Shown: positions 29,342 through 38,831, numbered from the stretch's first letter. The stretch: 64,000 nucleotides of DNA from a virus (IMGVR_UViG_3300009168_000008:456-64455); one strand, 5' to 3'. The notes: generated by a model from the sequence alone, not told the origin. Program-made: numbers and translations.

Positions 29342-30085
29342 ATGGAAGAGATGGAAATCCCAAGGTCCGTCGTCGAGACGGATCACCGCTTGGAGGGAGC
29401 CCACGACCGGGCTTCGGAGGAGCTCGCCCAGCACCGCTGGCAGTGCATCCTCAACCCCGACGGGCCGCGCTACCCCATCCGGCAGTACGCCCGGGCTGTG
29501 GGTCGCAACTACGCCACCGTCGCCCGCTACGCCAAGGGGTGGGCGCTGTACGTGGAGCGCCAGGCCAGCGGCCCCCGCGCGGGGGCCGCGTTCACGTTGC
29601 AGGACGCGATCCGTCAGTCGGAGATGAGCGCCGAGAACCAGGAGTTCGCCGAGGCGATTGCCGAGGGGTCGGGCAAGCCCGTCGCCCAGGTGAGCCGCGG
29701 CGACAACCGCCACAAGATGCACGAGATCGTCGGGCACGCCAAGGAGCGTGCGGAGCGCCGGGGGACGAACCCGGTGGACGAGGCTCGCAACATCGCCACC
29801 CACCAGCGCCAGAGCAAGGAGATGGACGAGCGCAACCGCAAGGCCAAGGCCAAGGCGCGCTCGTTGCGTTTCGTGGAGATCGAGGGCGACCTGGCCGCGG
29901 CCAAGCGCCGCCTGCTCCACGCGCTGCGCACGGCCGAGGGGGTCGGGTTCGCCGAGGAAGAGATGGAGCTGATCCGCGACACGATCAGCACCGTCCAGGC
30001 GATCCTGCAACTGCTCGACCTGCGGATGGCCGGCACGCCGGACGTCGACTGGGACGGTGAGCTCCAGAAGTTGAGCGCGCAGTGA
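29342..30085 (+). CDS. HTH/coiled-coil protein containing palindrome copy 3
   Basis: PIRQYARAVGRNYATVARY HTH-like segment; RBS. Confidence 0.75.
   Translation: MEEMEIPRSVVETDHRLEGAHDRASEELAQHRWQCILNPDGPRYPIRQYARAVGRNYATVARYAKGWALYVERQASGPRAGAAFTLQDAIRQSEMSAENQEFAEAIAEGSGKPVAQVSRGDNRHKMHEIVGHAKERAERRGTNPVDEARNIATHQRQSKEMDERNRKAKAKARSLRFVEIEGDLAAAKRRLLHALRTAEGVGFAEEEMELIRDTISTVQAILQLLDLRMAGTPDVDWDGELQKLSAQ
29570..29587. repeat. 18-bp palindrome, copy 3 (intragenic)
   Basis: Exact; 22 bp with flanks. Confidence 0.9.
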
Positions 30086-30501
30086 GCCGGGAGACGCGGC
30101 GTATCGACCTGCTGACGTACGCCATCGCCAACCCCGGCGGGATCACGGTCGACGACATCATGGCCGAGTTCCACTGGGACCACGGGACCGCCAACAAGGC
30201 GATCCACGACCTCCGGCTGTGGCTCGGCGACTTCGACACGATCAACTTCCCCTGCGACCCACAGGGCCCGCGACAGCGCTGGCTCTATCGCCTCGTCGGC
30301 ACGCTCGATGGGGTGCGCGGGTGGGTGGCCAACCGCATCCTCGACGCCGAGAGCCGTATCCGCACGATCCACGCCATGGTGGCGAGCATCGTGTCGGCGA
30401 CGGACGGGCGCAGCAAGGCGGGCAAGAAGGTTCGCACGATGGAGGTGGCCCTGCGCCACCTGATCGAGAACCTGGAGCTGATCGACGCCGAGGACAGCTG
30501 A
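30082..30501 (+). CDS. Winged-HTH-like protein
   Basis: NPGGITVDDIMAEF..ANKAIHDLR; GTGA overlap. Confidence 0.65.
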   Translation: MSRETRRIDLLTYAIANPGGITVDDIMAEFHWDHGTANKAIHDLRLWLGDFDTINFPCDPQGPRQRWLYRLVGTLDGVRGWVANRILDAESRIRTIHAMVASIVSATDGRSKAGKKVRTMEVALRHLIENLELIDAEDS

Positions 30502-30561
30502 CCGGATACAGCGCCCCCCGGGCAACCGGGGGGCACCCACGTTCTTGAAAGGAACCGACAG

Positions 30562-31194
30562 ATGAACACGACGATGATGGAGAGGCTGCGCTACCGCGGC
30601 CCAGAGATAGACGACCTGGGCGTGAAGGTCGAGCGCTTCGAGGTCAAGCCCGAGGACGAGATGGACTTCGGGCAGTGGCTGAGCCACCTGATGCACGAGA
30701 GCGTCGGGCGCGGGTGCCCGCCGGGCATCTACACCGGGCTGCGAGTCGACGACGTGCTGTGGATGAGCGACACGCCCGCTGAGCGCAAGGACCATCTGGA
30801 ACCGGTCGCGGCGAGCGGCATGTTCCCGAACGGGACCGGCCTGGTCAACGGTCTGGGGCTCGGTTGTGTGGTGGGTGCAATGCTCGACTCACTGGAGCAT
30901 GTCGACGTGGTCGAGAAGGACGACCGGATCATCGACACGGTGGGCGAGTGGTACCGCGACACCTACGGCGACCGGATCACCATCCACCACGCTGACGCGC
31001 TCGCCAAGCGCTGGCCGCGGGGACAGTACTGGTCCGTGGTCTGGCACGACATCTGGCCCAAGCTGTCCCCGGAGAACCTGCCCGAGATGGCGACGCTGCA
31101 CCGTCGCTTCGCGCGTCGGTCCGCCTGGCAGGGTTCGTGGGGGCTCGAGTTCTGCCGGTGGATGCGCAAGGTGGAGGCCGACCGTGGCTGGTAG
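30562..31194 (+). CDS. Spermidine-synthase-like class I SAM-dependent transferase
   Basis: WMSDTPAE, LVNGLGLG, DVVEKD, HADA, WHDIW. Confidence 0.75.
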   Translation: MNTTMMERLRYRGPEIDDLGVKVERFEVKPEDEMDFGQWLSHLMHESVGRGCPPGIYTGLRVDDVLWMSDTPAERKDHLEPVAASGMFPNGTGLVNGLGLGCVVGAMLDSLEHVDVVEKDDRIIDTVGEWYRDTYGDRITIHHADALAKRWPRGQYWSVVWHDIWPKLSPENLPEMATLHRRFARRSAWQGSWGLEFCRWMRKVEADRGW

Positions 31195-31689
31195 GCGGGC
31201 GCGGCTGTTCCCCGAGCTCGCAGGTTCCACGTGGAACGTCTGGTGCTCGCATGAACGGGTGCGCAACGGGGCGTGGCGCATCCTGCTCAGCGGGCTGTCG
31301 GCCAAGGTCGCCGTCGACGAGATGACGACGCGGCAGGACCGCGTCCGGCGCACCAAGCAGCCGTGCAAGTTCCGGGCGCTGATCGATGGGGAGGAGCCCT
31401 GAGTGAGAACCGTGACCAACTCGCCCGGATCATCGCCGCCGCTGAGGCAGCCGCCGCGGAGACGCGCCGGCGGGCCCATCCATGCTCTGTCTGCGGCCGC
31501 TCGATGCTCGACTGGCCTGGACGTACCCGACACTTCTCCTGCGAGCCGGGGTCGCTCGCTGGCCTGGTCTGCACCTGTCCCCCCGGGTGCAGCGGGTCGC
31601 ACTGGGGCGATGGTCCGTCCCGGTGCGACCCTGACTGCGCTCCGTGTGCGATCATGCGGGGGAAGGCGCTGCCGAAGCGGAAGCGATAG
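31184..31689 (+). CDS. Two hypothetical genes (31184-31402; Cys-rich 31399-31689 with possible CTG start)
   Basis: Coupled ORFs. Confidence 0.5.
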
Positions 31690-31791
31690 CGTGTGGGCGG
31701 CACCGGGTCGGGCTTTCCTTTCGGACGTTGCTCCCTTCGGGTTGCAGCTTCGTTTGGTTCCTTTCAACCGGCCCGGTGCCCTCCACACGCT
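31688..31791 (+). ncRNA. Long hairpin RNA with two anti-SD strands in an internal loop
   Basis: Outer stem 31688-31711 with 31768-31791; inner stem capped by cUUCGg; bubble strands CTTTCCTTTC and GGTTCCTTTCA. Confidence 0.6.
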
Positions 31792-31841
31792 GGCGCTTCC
31801 GCCTCCTGGCGGCTATGATGGTGGGTACCTGAAAGGAACCG

Positions 31842-32363
31842 ATGATGCCTGATGAACCCGTTGATCGCGCGCCCGCCGGAGTAGCCCTCGGCTGCCTGGT
31901 GGAGTTGCGCTCCGTACCCGACTGGACGACCGGCGACCTGCTCGACCGAGCCGTCGCGCTGTCCCGCTTGAAGGAGGTCGTGGCGCTCTGCAAGGAGGCG
32001 ATGACCGAGCTCGAACTGAGCCTCGCCGAGTCGATGACCGAAGAGACGATGATCACCCCAGTCGGGCTCCTGCGCCGCACCGAGAAGGTCACCTCGACGT
32101 GGAAGTACGACGGGGCCGGTGACCTGTTCCGCGACGACCTCGCCAACGCCGTCGTGATGCGGGTGGCCGTCGACGTCGGCACCGGGGAGATGGACCCGGT
32201 GAAGCGCAACGTCGCCCGCGAGGCGCTGCGCGTTCTCTACGACGTGATCCCGGCCATCTCGACCGTGAAGTCCGGGGCCAAGCGCGCCATCGGCATCGAC
32301 GTCGGGGACTACCGCAGCTTCTCCCGCCACTACGCCGTCGAACTCCAAGGAGGGGAACCATGA
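31842..32363 (+). CDS. Hypothetical protein
   Basis: TATGAT -10 and TGAAAGGAACC RBS upstream. Confidence 0.75.
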   Translation: MMPDEPVDRAPAGVALGCLVELRSVPDWTTGDLLDRAVALSRLKEVVALCKEAMTELELSLAESMTEETMITPVGLLRRTEKVTSTWKYDGAGDLFRDDLANAVVMRVAVDVGTGEMDPVKRNVAREALRVLYDVIPAISTVKSGAKRAIGIDVGDYRSFSRHYAVELQGGEP

Positions 32364-32995
32364 TCGTTGCCAACGAGGGACAGGTGCTCGCTGCGTTCCA
32401 CGCCGCGCTCGCCTCTGTCGAGGGAGTGACCAAGAGCGAGGCCGGTGGAGAGCGGGGCGGGCGAGTCATCTACTACGCCGGACTCAACGCCGTGCTCGCC
32501 GAGTGCGCCCGGGCCTGCGAGATGCACGGGCTCGCCATCGTCCAAGAGCCGACCGTGGTCGACGGGCTGTTCGGCGTGGCCACGTCGCTGATCCATGAGG
32601 ACGGGTCCGTGCTCCACTTCGCCCCGATGTGCCTGCCGCTGCCCAAGGACGCTCAGGCGCTCGGCTCGGCCACGACCTACCTCCGCCGCTACTCGTTGAC
32701 GGCGATCTTCGGCATCCCGGTCGAGGACGACGACGGCAAGGCCGCCACGTTGGGCGCGACGACAGCGCCGGGGCGGCGCACCGAGGCCGAGCGGATCATC
32801 CGTGAGGAAATGGGAGCGATGGACGAGGACGTGCGGCAGCAGTTCATCGACGCCTTCAAGACCGAGTTCCGGTGCAGCCTGAGCGACCTGCCAGCCAGCC
32901 AACACGGACGGGCGCTGACGTGGACCCGGGAGTGGTCGCCGACGCCACCAGTGGACGAGCCAGCAACCATCGCTGACCCGCCGACAGGCGGGTAA
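32360..32995 (+). CDS. erf: ERF-family ssDNA annealing protein
   Basis: QALGSATTYLRRYSLTAIFGIPVEDDDG. Confidence 0.9.
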   Translation: MIVANEGQVLAAFHAALASVEGVTKSEAGGERGGRVIYYAGLNAVLAECARACEMHGLAIVQEPTVVDGLFGVATSLIHEDGSVLHFAPMCLPLPKDAQALGSATTYLRRYSLTAIFGIPVEDDDGKAATLGATTAPGRRTEAERIIREEMGAMDEDVRQQFIDAFKTEFRCSLSDLPASQHGRALTWTREWSPTPPVDEPATIADPPTGG

Positions 32996-33023
32996 CTACC
33001 CTGCGCACCAAGGAAGGAGAGCC

Positions 33024-33362
33024 ATGAGCGTGAGCGAGATACACACCGAGACGTTGCACAGCGCCGAGGATGTGTGTGGCGCGGTCGGGATCACCTACCG
33101 CATCCTCGACTACTGGTTGCGCAAGGGCTACATCGTCATCGAGAACGACGCCCACGGCAGCGGCAGCCACCGGCGCTTCACGGACGACGAGCTCGACGCG
33201 GTGCGCAAGCTGTTCGCCCGCTACGAGGCGATCCAGGCCGACCTGGCCGAGATCGCCGACGGCACGGCCTGGTCGATGATTCGAATGCTCCAACTGAAAG
33301 GAAACGACGATGACGAACCCACTGTCAGAGAGCGACATCCAAGCGCTCGTCGGACGGGCTGA
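33024..33362 (+). CDS. MerR-like HTH protein
   Basis: VGITYRILDYWLRKG...GSGSHRRFTDDE. Confidence 0.85.
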   Translation: MSVSEIHTETLHSAEDVCGAVGITYRILDYWLRKGYIVIENDAHGSGSHRRFTDDELDAVRKLFARYEAIQADLAEIADGTAWSMIRMLQLKGNDDDEPTVRERHPSARRTG

Positions 33363-33803
33363 GGCAGAGGCGCAAGCCGAGCTGCCGGATATGCCAGCGG
33401 CGGTGGTCGAGGTCGACCTGCCGCCCGACCGCGACGAGCGGCCTTACGAGACGGCCCGCAACACCCTCAGCGTTGCCCTCGACCTGACCCGCGAGCGGCT
33501 GGCCGAGCGACGCGCTCACCGCGACGACGTGAACGCCGAGATCAAGCTGCTCGTGGAAGAGGCAGAGTTGCTCGACCGCATGTGGCGGATCGCTGCTGCC
33601 GCCGCCAAGAAGGAGAGCTGATGGACGACTCGATCGCTTCCCCCGCCGACCCGGAGATCGACATGACCATCGCCGGTGGTGTGCCGATCCCGCTGATGGC
33701 GGTGACCCACAACGAGGCGGGCGATCTGGTGATCACGATCCCCAAGGAGACGCGCGCCGGTGACCTCATCATGAGCCTGCTCAACGGGCTACGGACGTCG
33801 TAG
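33310..33803 (+). CDS. Two hypothetical genes (33310-33621, 33621-33803)
   Basis: RBSs; TGATG overlap. Confidence 0.65.
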
Positions 33804-34227
33804 CGCACGGGCAGTAGGCCGTCGTCGGGGGAGCCGTGCCCCCGGGGGCGGTCCCCGTGCTCGGCCCGCCGCCTGGGGCGGTCGTAGAAGCTCCTGGAAG
33901 GCTGCTGGTCGAGGTACCGGCCCCGCCCCCGCCCGCGGTAGTGGACGGCCTCCCAGCGGTCGTAGAGGGGCCGCTCACAGCCGTCGAGGTACCGCCCCCG
34001 CCCCCCGGCGCTGTCGTCGTGGTGTTGCCGTTGCCGTTGCCGTTGTTCCCACCCCCGCCACCGTTGCCGCTGTTGCCGTTGTCGACCGTGGTCGGGGGAA
34101 GCGTGGGGCAGGTGAGCTCGGAGGCAGCGTGAGTCGTGGCGTCATCGACGGCCGTGGCGACAGCGGTGAACGTCAGCCCGGCGCTGATCACGAAGAAGCC
34201 AGCAGCGGCGAGGATGCGGGCGTTCAT
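33781..34227 (-). CDS. Exported Gly/Thr-rich low-complexity protein at the end of the lysis module
   Basis: N-terminal hydrophobic segment; GN/GT repeats. Confidence 0.6.
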   Translation of the reverse strand: MNARILAAAGFFVISAGLTFTAVATAVDDATTHAASELTCPTLPPTTVDNGNSGNGGGGGNNGNGNGNTTTTAPGGGGGTSTAVSGPSTTAGRPSTTAGGGGAGTSTSSLPGASTTAPGGGPSTGTAPGGTAPPTTAYCPCATTSVAR

Positions 34228-34520
34228 CGTCGCCGCCATCCATGCCGACGCTCGTTCACGGCGATCGGGTGGTGGTCGGGCGGGGCCGGGGCCGCAGGTG
34301 TCTCGACGCCGAGGTCGGCCAGCTGCACGCGCAGGTTGGCGGCGTAGCGGCGCAGATCGATGTACGACTGGTCGGATCGGTAGAGGTCGGCGGTGAGCTC
34401 GTCGACTTCCTGGCGAGCAGCGTTGTGCTCACGGTTGCGGAACTCTCGCATGACCAACGCCATGCCGATCGCCGCGGTGAACACTGCGCCGATGCCGGCG
34501 AAGATCGCGGTCGAGTCCAC
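34224..34520 (-). CDS. Membrane protein (TM plus coiled coil), lysis module
   Basis: N-terminal TM. Confidence 0.65.
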   Translation of the reverse strand: MDSTAIFAGIGAVFTAAIGMALVMREFRNREHNAARQEVDELTADLYRSDQSYIDLRRYAANLRVQLADLGVETPAAPAPPDHHPIAVNERRHGWRRR

Positions 34521-34528
34521 CCGTCACG

Positions 34529-34759
34529 TCAGAGCAGGAACAGCGCGAAGGCGATCCCGGCGACGGCGACAGCGAGGATGGCATGGGCGTAGGCGTGCCA
34601 GCCGACGCGCGCTGGTGGGTTGCCCGCTGGGCGCACGCCGGTGGCGAAGGCCGCAGCGGCGAAGAGGGCGAGCACCGTGGCGACGAGGAAGAACACGTCG
34701 GCCCAGTTGTAGTTGGCGTTGGCGATGCCGTCATCGACCGCCAGGAGGATGCTGTTCAT
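34529..34759 (-). CDS. Holin-like 2-TM protein
   Basis: Two TM helices, immediately after the endolysin. Confidence 0.65.
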   Translation of the reverse strand: MNSILLAVDDGIANANYNWADVFFLVATVLALFAAAAFATGVRPAGNPPARVGWHAYAHAILAVAVAGIAFALFLL

Positions 34760-35688
34760 CCCGGCTGCGCCAAGCTCTCGGCGGTCTCGATGCCGAACAC
34801 CTGCTGCCAGTCGTCGCTCACCTTGGGCAGCTTGTTGATGTCGCGCACGACCGGGCGGCTGGCCTGGGTCGGGTCGTGGTAGGTCGGGCCGGTGCCCTGG
34901 CTGAGCGCCTTGGTGAGCTCGTCCGTCTCATCAGCACGGATGCGGCGCGACGAGATGCCGTCGCCGATCACGATGAGGTTCGGGTTCGAGTCGAGGCGAG
35001 AGATGAACAGCATGTTGTCCTCCTCCTCCGTTTCTGGTGGTTGTGGGGTGGGCTCGGGAGGATGGGTGCCGGCGCGCTTGCGGAGCTCGGCTCGGCAGTC
35101 GTCCTGGTTCCAGGTGCCGCTCGAGTTGATGCTCCGGGGCTTCCACGGACCCTGCACGGCCGCCGCGGTGGCTGGGTCGATCTTGCGCCCGGGACACGAA
35201 GGCTCGCACCAGCCGGTGTGGGTCATGATGTCGTCGGGCTGGTTCCCGAACAGCTCGTTCATCACCAGGGTGGCCTTGAAGTACGTGTCGATCTGAACCT
35301 GCGGCCACGGCTCGCCGACGCCGTTGTTCGCCACCTCCCAGGCCCACGTGGTGCTGTTGCCGCTGTCCTGCGGAGCGGTGCCGCGCGAGAACTTGATCGG
35401 CCCGCCCTTGCCCGCCGTGTTCGCTGCGCCGGCGGCGACCATCCACACGGAGCCGTCGCGCATGATCGTGGCGTTGCCGACGGGGGCGTCGTCACAGCCC
35501 TCGGTTTGCCAGGCCGTGTCGTTCTCGGGCGTGGTCTTGCTCGCCGTGTGGTGCCACTGGATGCCGAGCGGGGCGCTGGCGAACCCGCCGGAGCTGCGCG
35601 CCCGGGTCTTCCACCCGTCGCACTCGACCACGGTGATCCCGGCGGCCCGCAGCTTGTCCGCCGCCTCGGTGTAGTACCTGCCCGTCAT
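34756..35688 (-). CDS. Endolysin, N-acetylmuramoyl-L-alanine amidase
   Basis: WHHTAS, WEVANNG, TH...RKIDP. Confidence 0.9.
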   Translation of the reverse strand: MTGRYYTEAADKLRAAGITVVECDGWKTRARSSGGFASAPLGIQWHHTASKTTPENDTAWQTEGCDDAPVGNATIMRDGSVWMVAAGAANTAGKGGPIKFSRGTAPQDSGNSTTWAWEVANNGVGEPWPQVQIDTYFKATLVMNELFGNQPDDIMTHTGWCEPSCPGRKIDPATAAAVQGPWKPRSINSSGTWNQDDCRAELRKRAGTHPPEPTPQPPETEEEDNMLFISRLDSNPNLIVIGDGISSRRIRADETDELTKALSQGTGPTYHDPTQASRPVVRDINKLPKVSDDWQQVFGIETAESLAQPG

Positions 35689-36071
35689 CGCCAGGCCCCC
35701 TCTCGGATCAGCCACTCGGCGAGCACCTTGGCCAGCGCCTCGGCGACGGCCCGGCTGGACTCGTCGAGCTCGGCCCACGTCGGCAGGTCGTCCTGCTCGG
35801 CTCGGGCCTCATGGATCACCCGGGCCAGCTTCGCCCGCTCGCTCGGGTCGTGGCTCGTGACGAAGGCGACGATGTCCTCGCCGACCTGGAGGGCGTGGGT
35901 CTGTTCCTCGTCGGTCATGTCGAAGAAGTCGCCGATGTCGTTCCCGGCCAGGCGGCTGAGGTAGCGACGGATGCGGTGGATGCGGTAGGCGACCTGCTCG
36001 GGGGCGGGGGGCGCGTGGTCGAGCGCGTCGTCCGCTTCGAAGTCCTGGAACGCCGGGTTGGTGAGCGGCAT
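35685..36071 (-). CDS. Hypothetical protein
   Basis: GAGGAG RBS; ATGA overlap. Confidence 0.65.
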   Translation of the reverse strand: MPLTNPAFQDFEADDALDHAPPAPEQVAYRIHRIRRYLSRLAGNDIGDFFDMTDEEQTHALQVGEDIVAFVTSHDPSERAKLARVIHEARAEQDDLPTWAELDESSRAVAEALAKVLAEWLIREGAWR

Positions 36072-36081
36072 CACTCTCCTC

Positions 36082-36708
36082 TCATGGCGCACACGCCAGC
36101 TTGAGCTCGTCGTAGGTGCACAGCGTGACGCGGAACGGGTTGGCCCCCGTGCCGTCGCCGGTCAGCCCGAACCCTGTCGACACCGAGCCCGCCGGGGCCT
36201 GGGTCGGGGGGCCAGGGTAGAACTTGCCGGTGGCGTCCATCGTCAGCACGTCGCCGGGGTTGCCGCCGGTGAAGGTGATGAGCGGGAGCAGGGCGCTGAC
36301 GACGATGGGGTCGAGGGTTGTGCCCGACCCGCTGACGGTGAAGTCGACCTCGGTGGTGTCGGTGAACTGCACCCCGAAGCCGGACGCGCCGACCGCCTGC
36401 ACCTGGAACGGGTCGGCCTCGGTGCCCGCCCCGTCGATCGTCCACTTGATGCTCGGGGTGTCGACGAAGTTGATCAGCGGGTCGAGCTTGGCCACCGCCG
36501 AGAGGATGAACGGGTCGAACTGCGTCCCGCCGCCTTGCAGCGTGATGTCGACAGACGGCGTGTCGTTGACGGTCACCGTGCCGGTGACGGCCATGATCGC
36601 CGAGACGACCCACGGCTTGGCCGACGACCCGTCGCCGGTCACGGTGGTGCCCGAGCCGGCGCGCAGGAAGCAGCCGCACTGCCCCTCGATGCATCGACAC
36701 CGGGCCAT
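36082..36708 (-). CDS. Minor tail protein with repeated GxGT.DP units
   Basis: Repeats DTPS..T..G.GT..DPF. Confidence 0.7.
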   Translation of the reverse strand: MARCRCIEGQCGCFLRAGSGTTVTGDGSSAKPWVVSAIMAVTGTVTVNDTPSVDITLQGGGTQFDPFILSAVAKLDPLINFVDTPSIKWTIDGAGTEADPFQVQAVGASGFGVQFTDTTEVDFTVSGSGTTLDPIVVSALLPLITFTGGNPGDVLTMDATGKFYPGPPTQAPAGSVSTGFGLTGDGTGANPFRVTLCTYDELKLACAP

Positions 36709-37743
36709 CTACGGACCCGTCTCGAGCGCAGCGACCCGCAGGAGGACCTCCTGCAACGTTGCCACGACGATCGGCATCATCCGGCTCACGTCGAGCTGTT
36801 GCAGGTCCGGCCCACCGGGGTCGAACTCGTCGTCGGGTGGGAGCACGGCGTCCTTCTCGCCGGTGACCGCCTCGGGAACGTAGGGCTGGACCTCGTGGGC
36901 GATGAAGCCGTCGAACTCCAAGCCGTCAGCCTTGCCGCGCAGGTGCTTGGGCAGGAGGGCGGCGAGGCGCTCGGCGGCGTTGACCACCGGGCCGAGGTCG
37001 TCCTTGATGCGGTAGTCCGAGGTCGTGTTGTACTTGACGCCTGTCGTGCCGACCTGGGTGATCGAGCCGATCGTGAGGCCGGTCGCGCTGCGCTGGAAGA
37101 GCACGAAGATCGACCCGTCGTTGTCCATCCCGTTGGCGCTGACGTCGACGTGGCGGGCGATGAAGTTGGCGTACGAGTCCTTGTGGCTGGTGGTCGCGGT
37201 GGCCCGGCCGAGCCCGTTGCCAGCGCCGTAGATTTCCCATCCGGCGACCGCCGGGTTGGGGGCGGCCTTGCCGATCGTCACCATCATCGAGGTCGGGTTG
37301 GTGACGGCGATGACCGTGTGGTTGTTGGCCTGGAGGAACAGGTCGTTGTCGCTCTGGACGTAGAAGTCACCGGAGGCGGCGCGGATCATCCCGTGGAGCT
37401 CGCCGTTGCTGTGGTCGTAGAAGGTCACGTGCGGCGTGTTGTTGGCGTTGGTGACGTAGATGCCCTCGTTGGCGTCGGCGATCACGTCGAGGCGGTCGTT
37501 GACCTTGACCTGCGAGTCGAACGTGGCGATGCCGGTGACGTGCGAGGTGCCCTTGACGACGAGGTTCGAGTTCACCGTCAGGCTGCCGGTGACGGTGCCG
37601 CCGGTCGTGTTCAGCTTGCCGACGAGCGAGCTCGTCACGTCGTCGTCGATGGCGTTGGCGAGCGCCATCATGTCCCCGGCGACGTTGATCGGGTCGCTGT
37701 CGAGCGGGTACGGATACGAGCGGGGAGAGGTGCGGCCCGGCAT
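36709..37743 (-). CDS. Tail fibre with C-terminal intramolecular chaperone (peptidase S74)
   Basis: SDYRIKD...GFIAHEVQ..PEAV. Confidence 0.85.
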   Translation of the reverse strand: MPGRTSPRSYPYPLDSDPINVAGDMMALANAIDDDVTSSLVGKLNTTGGTVTGSLTVNSNLVVKGTSHVTGIATFDSQVKVNDRLDVIADANEGIYVTNANNTPHVTFYDHSNGELHGMIRAASGDFYVQSDNDLFLQANNHTVIAVTNPTSMMVTIGKAAPNPAVAGWEIYGAGNGLGRATATTSHKDSYANFIARHVDVSANGMDNDGSIFVLFQRSATGLTIGSITQVGTTGVKYNTTSDYRIKDDLGPVVNAAERLAALLPKHLRGKADGLEFDGFIAHEVQPYVPEAVTGEKDAVLPPDDEFDPGGPDLQQLDVSRMMPIVVATLQEVLLRVAALETGP

Positions 37744-38021
37744 CAGACCACCGACCTTTCGCTATGGAGGTCGTTCTTCATGGCCTGGCGCTCTTGCTCC
37801 TCGGCGTTGATCCACCACTCGGCCACGGCAAGCGTCTGTGGGTCGGTGACGGTGTTGACGCCCTCGGGCTGTTCCTCGGTCCGCTCGCCGCTGCCGATGA
37901 ACAGCGCAAGCTCGCGATCGCAGAGGCACTGCTGGCCGGTGGCGATGCTCGAGCCCTTGCGCAGCTCGCAGTTGCCGCGCTGGGCCGGGACTCCGACCTC
38001 TTGTCCGTATGGGCACTGCAT
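37743..38021 (-). CDS. Small tail-associated protein
   Basis: Coupled ORF. Confidence 0.55.
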   Translation of the reverse strand: MQCPYGQEVGVPAQRGNCELRKGSSIATGQQCLCDRELALFIGSGERTEEQPEGVNTVTDPQTLAVAEWWINAEEQERQAMKNDLHSERSVV

Positions 38022-38797
38022 CAGGCGGTCCTCTTCCACATGTAGACGGAGATGAAGGGTGGGAGCTGTGGCATCGGGGTGCCGCTCCCGGCGCTGCCGG
38101 TGGTGCCCGCGGTGGCCGCGCCCGACGATCCGGTGAACGTCGGGAAGTCGACGGTGTGGGTGTGGTTGACGCTCTGGCCGCCAGAGTTCCCGGAGAAGGC
38201 CGGGAGATTGATCGTGGTGGTGTGCGTGTGCCCGGCCTCGGAGTCCGTGCCGTAGTTCGTCTGGGTGCCGCCGGACGAGCGAGCGAGCAGGCCGTTGGAC
38301 AGCGCCGTCGGGATGTTGCTGGCGGTGACGTTGTGGGTGTGGGCAGCGCTGGTCGAGCTCGTCGTCGCCGCGCTGGCGGCGTGGTCGTGAGCGATCGAGT
38401 GGACGTGGCTGACGTCCGCCCCGCCGGTCGCCCCGGCCGGGTGGTTGTGGTCGATCGGGTGGGTGTGGGCGTACCCGGGATGGGTATGCGCCGGGAGCTC
38501 GGCGATGGTGATGGCGTGGGTCTTCTCGCCGCCAGTGAGCTCGGGGATGGCGATCGGTGGGTCGGCCGAGTCGACGCCGATGAGCATTCGCCCGGTGCCG
38601 AAGGCCACCCACGTTCCGCCGAAGATGCCCGCCGGGTTGGCGGAGAGGACGCTGATGTAGATCGAGCCGACCGGATAGGCAGAGCGCGCCGCGGCACCGT
38701 CGATCGCCGTTGCGAGGCGTTGGATGTCTCCGGCGACGTCGATGGGATCCCCGCCCACCGGATACGGCAGGCCGAGATTGGGTGTGGTCGCTGGCAT
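38021..38797 (-). CDS. Tail fibre/baseplate protein (T4 gp10/gp12-like collar with HxH repeats)
   Basis: YPVGSIY...GGEKTH..ELPAHTH...PPFISVYMWKRTA. Confidence 0.85.
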   Translation of the reverse strand: MPATTPNLGLPYPVGGDPIDVAGDIQRLATAIDGAAARSAYPVGSIYISVLSANPAGIFGGTWVAFGTGRMLIGVDSADPPIAIPELTGGEKTHAITIAELPAHTHPGYAHTHPIDHNHPAGATGGADVSHVHSIAHDHAASAATTSSTSAAHTHNVTASNIPTALSNGLLARSSGGTQTNYGTDSEAGHTHTTTINLPAFSGNSGGQSVNHTHTVDFPTFTGSSGAATAGTTGSAGSGTPMPQLPPFISVYMWKRTA

Positions 38798-38831
38798 CAG
38801 CGAGTCCTCCTGGTCGTGTGAACCATAGTGG

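Noticed and set aside
31287-31765. Minus-strand gene using GAAAGGAA at 31714-31765 as its RBS
   Set aside because: No start codon follows the first motif. The ORF after the second is antisense to plausible plus-strand genes and looks like a shadow.
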